DNA of 64,000 nucleotides from Anaeromyxobacter sp. (GTDB lineage Bacteria; Myxococcota; Myxococcia; Myxococcales; Anaeromyxobacteraceae): NCBI GenBank assembly GCA_016718565.1, contig JADKCZ010000005.1, positions 238,218 to 302,217 of the forward strand, read 5' to 3'. Shown piece by piece: positions 60,472 to 64,000 of this stretch (position 1 is its first letter; each line of letters starts with the position of its first letter). The notes under the pieces were generated by a model. It saw only the letters and a program-made list of their open reading frames with translations, ran no database searches and was not told where the DNA came from. The position numbers and the translations under genes were made by a program.

Positions 60472-60970
60472 GCGCCGGCCCGGCGCCTCCGCCCGGGACC
60501 TTCCGCGCCAGGGCACGCTCCACCTCGTGCCGAGCCTCCTCGGGCAGGCCGTGCTCGGCCAGCCCCTGCAGGATGAGCGCGACGTAGCGGCGCTGGGGCG
60601 GGGCGCTGGTGCGCCGGTCGGAGCGGGCGACGAAGACCTTCACCGCCAGGGCCTCGACGCCGCCCTGCGGCCGGGCGGCCTCCACCTGCCGGTCGACGAG
60701 GTCGTAGCCGCTCTCGAACTGGCGCAGCGCCTCCAGCCCGTCCAGCGCCATGCGGTAGATCACCCCGTGGACACAGTCGCCGGGCGAGCGCTCCACGTTG
60801 GCCCGCGCCGAGCCGTCGGCGCTGCGCTTGTCGAAGACCAGGCAGTGGTCGCGCAGCACGGCCGGGCGCGCCTCGGAGAACGCGGCGCCACGCTCGCGCA
60901 TCCGGTCGACCATCAGGTTGGAGCCGTAGGCGAAGTACCTGATCACGAGCTGCCCCGCTTTCCCTTCCAT
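60464..60970 (-). CDS. Gamma-glutamylcyclotransferase (AIG2/GGCT-like)
   Basis: N-terminal YFAYGSNL motif. Catalytic Glu context ...ESGYDLV.... Confidence 0.8.
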   Translation of the reverse strand: MEGKAGQLVIRYFAYGSNLMVDRMRERGAAFSEARPAVLRDHCLVFDKRSADGSARANVERSPGDCVHGVIYRMALDGLEALRQFESGYDLVDRQVEAARPQGGVEALAVKVFVARSDRRTSAPPQRRYVALILQGLAEHGLPEEARHEVERALARKVPGGGAGPALT

Positions 60971-61139
60971 GATGTAGGCCGCACGGACGCGCCGTTGTGA
61001 CGCCCGGGACCTCTCCACCAGGCCGGACCATCCGTCTGGGGCCCCCGGGCCCGGGCACGGCGCCCACATCGACCGCGGAGGTGGTCCCGGCCCCCACGCC
61101 ACCAGGTGCGGCGTGTGGCCGCGGCAGGCGGGCCGCAGC

Positions 61140-61310
61140 GGTCGAGCTCGGGTTCGGATTCGGGTTCGAGGTCACCGGGAACCGCTCCCCCTCTCCCCCA
61201 GCCCGCTGGGGGAGAGGGCCGGGGTGAGGGGGCCGCGGCGGCCGGGGGCGCAGCGGTCGAGGTCGAGGGAGAGATCGCGGTCGGGTTCGGGTTCGGGGTC
61301 GCCGGGGCGA
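61140..61310. repeat. Composite repeat, copy 2: hexamer (GGGTTC/GAGGTC) runs flanking the CTCTCCCCCAGCCCGCTGGGGGAGAGGGCCGGGGTGAGGGGG palindrome
   Basis: Same organisation and about 50 bp of identity with 55497-55600. Confidence 0.8.
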
Positions 61311-61379
61311 GGAGGCCAAGGCGTGGTGCGGGCCACAGGAGGCGCCCGCGCGTCCCCGGGAGGCGTAGACTGTGCCCAC

Positions 61380-63266
61380 GTGGCTCGTCCCCGCCGACCT
61401 CCCGAACCACCACCGCCCGCCCCCTATGCGCTCCAGCTCGCCGAGGCGGTGGCGGCCGCGCGCGCCGCGGCCGACCTGCTGGCCGCCGAGTTCGCCCGTC
61501 CGGACGGCCCGCGCGGGCAGGACGACAAGTGCCCCGCCGACGACGAGGCCGAGGTGCTGGTCCGCGATCGGCTGCTGGCCGCCTTCCCGGAGTACGGCTT
61601 CGTGGCCGAGGAGGATCGCGCCCAGGACCGGCCGCCGTCCGACACCGGCCGCCACGCCTGGGTGGTCGACCCCAACGACGGCACCCGCTACTTCCGCCAG
61701 GGCCGGCGTGGCGCGTCGGTCTCCATCGGCCTGCTGCGCGACGGCCTGCCGGTGCTGGGCGTGGTGCTGGCCCACACCGCCCCGACCGGCGGGGAGGACC
61801 TCTTCACCTGGGCCGAGGGCTCCGGGCCGGTGCGCCGCAACGGCGAGGTGGTGGCGGCCCAGCCGCCGCGCCAGGGGCTGGCGGCCGGTGACGTGGTGCT
61901 GGTCTCGGCGGCCGCCGGGGCCTGGCCCCTGGCCAACGCCCTGCTGCTGTCGCCGGCGCGCCACCGGCCGTGCGCCTCCATCGCCTACCGGCTGGCGCTG
62001 GTGGCGGCGGGCGAGGCCGCCGGCACCGCCTCGCTCCAGCCGCTCGACGGCCACGACGTCGCGGCTGGCCACGCCCTGCTGCGCGGCGCGGGCCTGTCCC
62101 TGCTCGACCTGGCGGGAGCGGAGGTGCGCTACCGCACGGCCGGCCACTCGAACGTCGGCCCGGTGGTGGCGGGCGGCGTGGCCCTGGCCAGGGAGCTGGC
62201 CAGCCGGCTGGCCCACCGGCCCGAGGTGACCGCCCACGAGGCCCCGCTCGACCTCACCGAGCCCAGGCCAGGCCGGCCAGCCACCGACGTGGCGCTGCTG
62301 CGGCGGGCCCAGGGGGCGCTGCTCGGGCAGCTGTGCGGCGACGCCCTCGGCAGCCTGGTGGAGTTCCAGAGCCCCGACGAGATCGCCGAGGACTACCCGC
62401 AGGGCGTGCGTGAGCTGGTGGACGGCGGCACCTGGGACCTGCTGGCCGGGCAGCCGACCGACGACTCCGAGCTGGCGCTGGCGCTGGCCCGGACGCTGGC
62501 GCGGTGCGGCACCTTCGAACCCGTCGAGGTGGCGCGCGCCTACGCCCGCTGGTACGAGAGCCGACCCTTCGACGTGGGCCACACCACCCGCGCCGCGCTG
62601 GCCGCGGCCGCCTCGGCGCGCCAGGCCGGGCGCGATCCAGCCGAGGCGTCCCGCGCCGCGGCGCGCCACGAGAGCAAGGCCAACGGCGCGCTCATGCGGG
62701 TCTCGCCGCTCGGCATCTTCGGGCACGGCCGGCCGCCCGCCGAGGTGGCCGGCTGGGCGCGCCAGGACGCGCGCCTCACCCACCCGAACCCCGTCTGCCA
62801 GGACGCCAGCGCGGTCTTCGCGGTGGCGGTGGCGCAGGCGGTGGCCCACGGCGGCGCGCCCGCCGAGGTGGCCGACGCGGCGCTGGCCTTCGCCCGCGAG
62901 GCCAGGCTGCACGCCGAGGTGCTGGCGGCCCTGGAGGGCGCCCGCGCCGCCCGTCCGGACTTCGTGACGCACCAGGGGCTGGTGACGGTGGCGCTGCAGA
63001 ACGCCTTCTTCCAGCTGCGCCACGCCGCGCCCGAGGCGGCGCTGGTGGACACGGTCGGCCGCGGCGGCGACACCGACACCAACGCCGCCATCGCCGGGGC
63101 CCTGCTGGGCGCCGTGCACGGCGTGCTGGCGCTGCCGCTGCGCTGGCGCAGCGCGGTGCTCTCCTGCGTCCCGGTGGAGGGCGCCCCCGGGGTGCGCCGG
63201 CCACGCCCGCCCGCCTGCTGGCCGGTGGACGCGCTGGTGCTGGCCGAGCGGCTGGCGGCCGGGTAG
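61380..63266 (+). CDS. Fusion protein: N-terminal inositol-monophosphatase-family (IMPase/CysQ-like) phosphatase plus C-terminal ADP-ribosylglycohydrolase (ARH/DraG-like)
   Basis: One continuous frame. IMPase motifs: EEDRAQ...WVVDPNDGTRYF and DGHDVAAGHALLRGAGL. After a linker, ARH motifs: GALLGQLCGDALGSLVEF, GTWDLLAGQPTDDSELALALARTL and GGDTDTNAAIAGALLGAVHG. GTG start is tentative. Confidence 0.65.
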   Translation: MARPRRPPEPPPPAPYALQLAEAVAAARAAADLLAAEFARPDGPRGQDDKCPADDEAEVLVRDRLLAAFPEYGFVAEEDRAQDRPPSDTGRHAWVVDPNDGTRYFRQGRRGASVSIGLLRDGLPVLGVVLAHTAPTGGEDLFTWAEGSGPVRRNGEVVAAQPPRQGLAAGDVVLVSAAAGAWPLANALLLSPARHRPCASIAYRLALVAAGEAAGTASLQPLDGHDVAAGHALLRGAGLSLLDLAGAEVRYRTAGHSNVGPVVAGGVALARELASRLAHRPEVTAHEAPLDLTEPRPGRPATDVALLRRAQGALLGQLCGDALGSLVEFQSPDEIAEDYPQGVRELVDGGTWDLLAGQPTDDSELALALARTLARCGTFEPVEVARAYARWYESRPFDVGHTTRAALAAAASARQAGRDPAEASRAAARHESKANGALMRVSPLGIFGHGRPPAEVAGWARQDARLTHPNPVCQDASAVFAVAVAQAVAHGGAPAEVADAALAFAREARLHAEVLAALEGARAARPDFVTHQGLVTVALQNAFFQLRHAAPEAALVDTVGRGGDTDTNAAIAGALLGAVHGVLALPLRWRSAVLSCVPVEGAPGVRRPRPPACWPVDALVLAERLAAG

Positions 63267-63273
63267 GCGCCGT

Positions 63274-63446
63274 CCGGGGTGAGGGGACTCCCGACCTTCC
63301 CCCCCCTCTCCCCTCCGGGGAGAGGGCCGGGGTGAGGGGACTCCCGACCTTCCCCCCCTCTCCCCTCCGGGGAGAGGGCCGGGGTGAGGGGACTCCCGAC
63401 CTTCCCCCCCTCTCCCCTCCGGGGAGAGGGCCGGGGTGAGGGGGAC
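63274..63446. repeat. Three tandem copies of a ~52-bp GC-rich palindromic element (CCCTCTCCCCTCCGGGGAGAGGGCCGGGGTGAGGGGACTCCCGACCTTCC)
   Basis: Seen directly. Each unit contains the inverted repeat ccctctcccc tcc ggggagaggg. Convergent intergenic region. Confidence 0.85.
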
Positions 63447-64000
63447 TCAGGACTGGCGCTGCGCCGGCGCCGGGCCGAGCCCCAGGGCGGCGCGCACCGC
63501 GCCCACCAGGTCGGCGGGGCCGAAGGGCTTGGGCAGGAAGCTGACCCGCCGGCCGGTCGCCTCCTCCGACGCCTCGTCGCGATCGGTGAACCCGGAGGTG
63601 AGCACCACCGGCACCTCGTCGCTCACCTGCCGGATGGCGGCCAGGGCCGCCTCGCCGCCCATGCCGGGCATGGTCAGGTCGAGGATGACGCAGGCCACCC
63701 GGGCCGCCTCGGCACGGAAGCGCTCCACCGCCACCAGCCCATCGGCGGCCTCCAGCACGGCGAAGCCGCCGCGCTCCAGCGCCCGGCGGGCGGCGCGGCG
63801 CACCACCTCCTCGTCGTCGGCCACCAGCACCAGCGGCCTGGCGTCCGAGGGCACCGGCGCGGGCGCCGGTCCCGGCCCGCCCGCCGGCCCCACCTCCGGC
63901 TCGTCGGCCCGGCCGGCGACTCGCGGCGGCAGCAGCACGGTGAAGCGGGAGCCGCGGCCGGGCTCGCTCTCCACCCGCATGGCCCCGCGGTGGCCGCGCA
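63447..64000 (-). CDS. Hybrid sensor histidine kinase, 3' part only (end of the HATPase_c domain plus a C-terminal receiver domain); continues beyond the window
   Basis: ...MRVESEPGRGSRFTVLLP is a G2/ATP-lid remnant. The receiver domain is LVLVADDEEVVRRAARRALERGGFAVLEAADG...ILDLTMPGMGG...PKPF. Confidence 0.8.
   Translation of the reverse strand, partial: RGHRGAMRVESEPGRGSRFTVLLPPRVAGRADEPEVGPAGGPGPAPAPVPSDARPLVLVADDEEVVRRAARRALERGGFAVLEAADGLVAVERFRAEAARVACVILDLTMPGMGGEAALAAIRQVSDEVPVVLTSGFTDRDEASEEATGRRVSFLPKPFGPADLVGAVRAALGLGPAPAQRQS

Noticed and set aside
60408-63119. 903-aa minus-strand ORF
   Set aside because: It is antisense to the IMPase-ARH fusion and GGCT genes and has low-complexity composition.
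63274-63446. Possible CRISPR array
   Set aside because: There are only three ~52-bp units in direct tandem with no unique spacers, and no cas genes are in the window. It fits a REP-like tandem element better.

Overview
This is a chromosomal window with very high GC (roughly 73-75%), so all six frames carry long spurious ORFs. Lipobox signal peptides, Kelch/BNR beta-propeller lipoproteins, TPR/HEAT-repeat proteins and roadblock/LC7 proteins point to a Myxococcota (Anaeromyxobacter-like) genome. I call about 50 genes. Housekeeping genes include an ICL2-type isocitrate lyase plus a divergent malate synthase (glyoxylate shunt), pyruvate phosphate dikinase, adenosine deaminase, MsrA, RmuC, an M16 peptidase pair, a rhomboid protease, a YhhQ-type queuosine-precursor transporter, an S1/P1 nuclease, a PTP-type phosphatase and gamma-glutamylcyclotransferase. 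The strongest non-routine candidate is a lipoprotein at 8506-11400 that is clearly homologous to anthrax protective antigen / clostridial binary-toxin B translocation components, with no recognisable enzymatic A partner nearby. Other non-routine items are: (1) a DsbA/FrnE-like thioredoxin with an in-frame TGA at the first Cys of the CxxC motif (predicted selenoprotein, UPFC) plus a SECIS-like hairpin; (2) a five-gene minus-strand envelope cluster (OmpA/TSP3 - HEAT - membrane protein - VWA lipoprotein - OM beta-barrel); (3) an SPFH-DUF4339-zinc-ribbon fusion; (4) a ~985-aa Cys-rich lipoprotein with a HEAT-repeat membrane partner; (5) an Ig-repeat/LRR lipoprotein with near-identical 240-bp tandem repeats; (6) an IMPase-ADP-ribosylglycohydrolase fusion; (7) an HNH gene flanked by a family of GC-rich palindromic and short-period repeats; (8) a 12-bp GATC-containing tandem array; (9) a strongly AT-rich island downstream of ppdK. 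No rRNA, tRNA or CRISPR array was found by eye. Start codons are approximate throughout.
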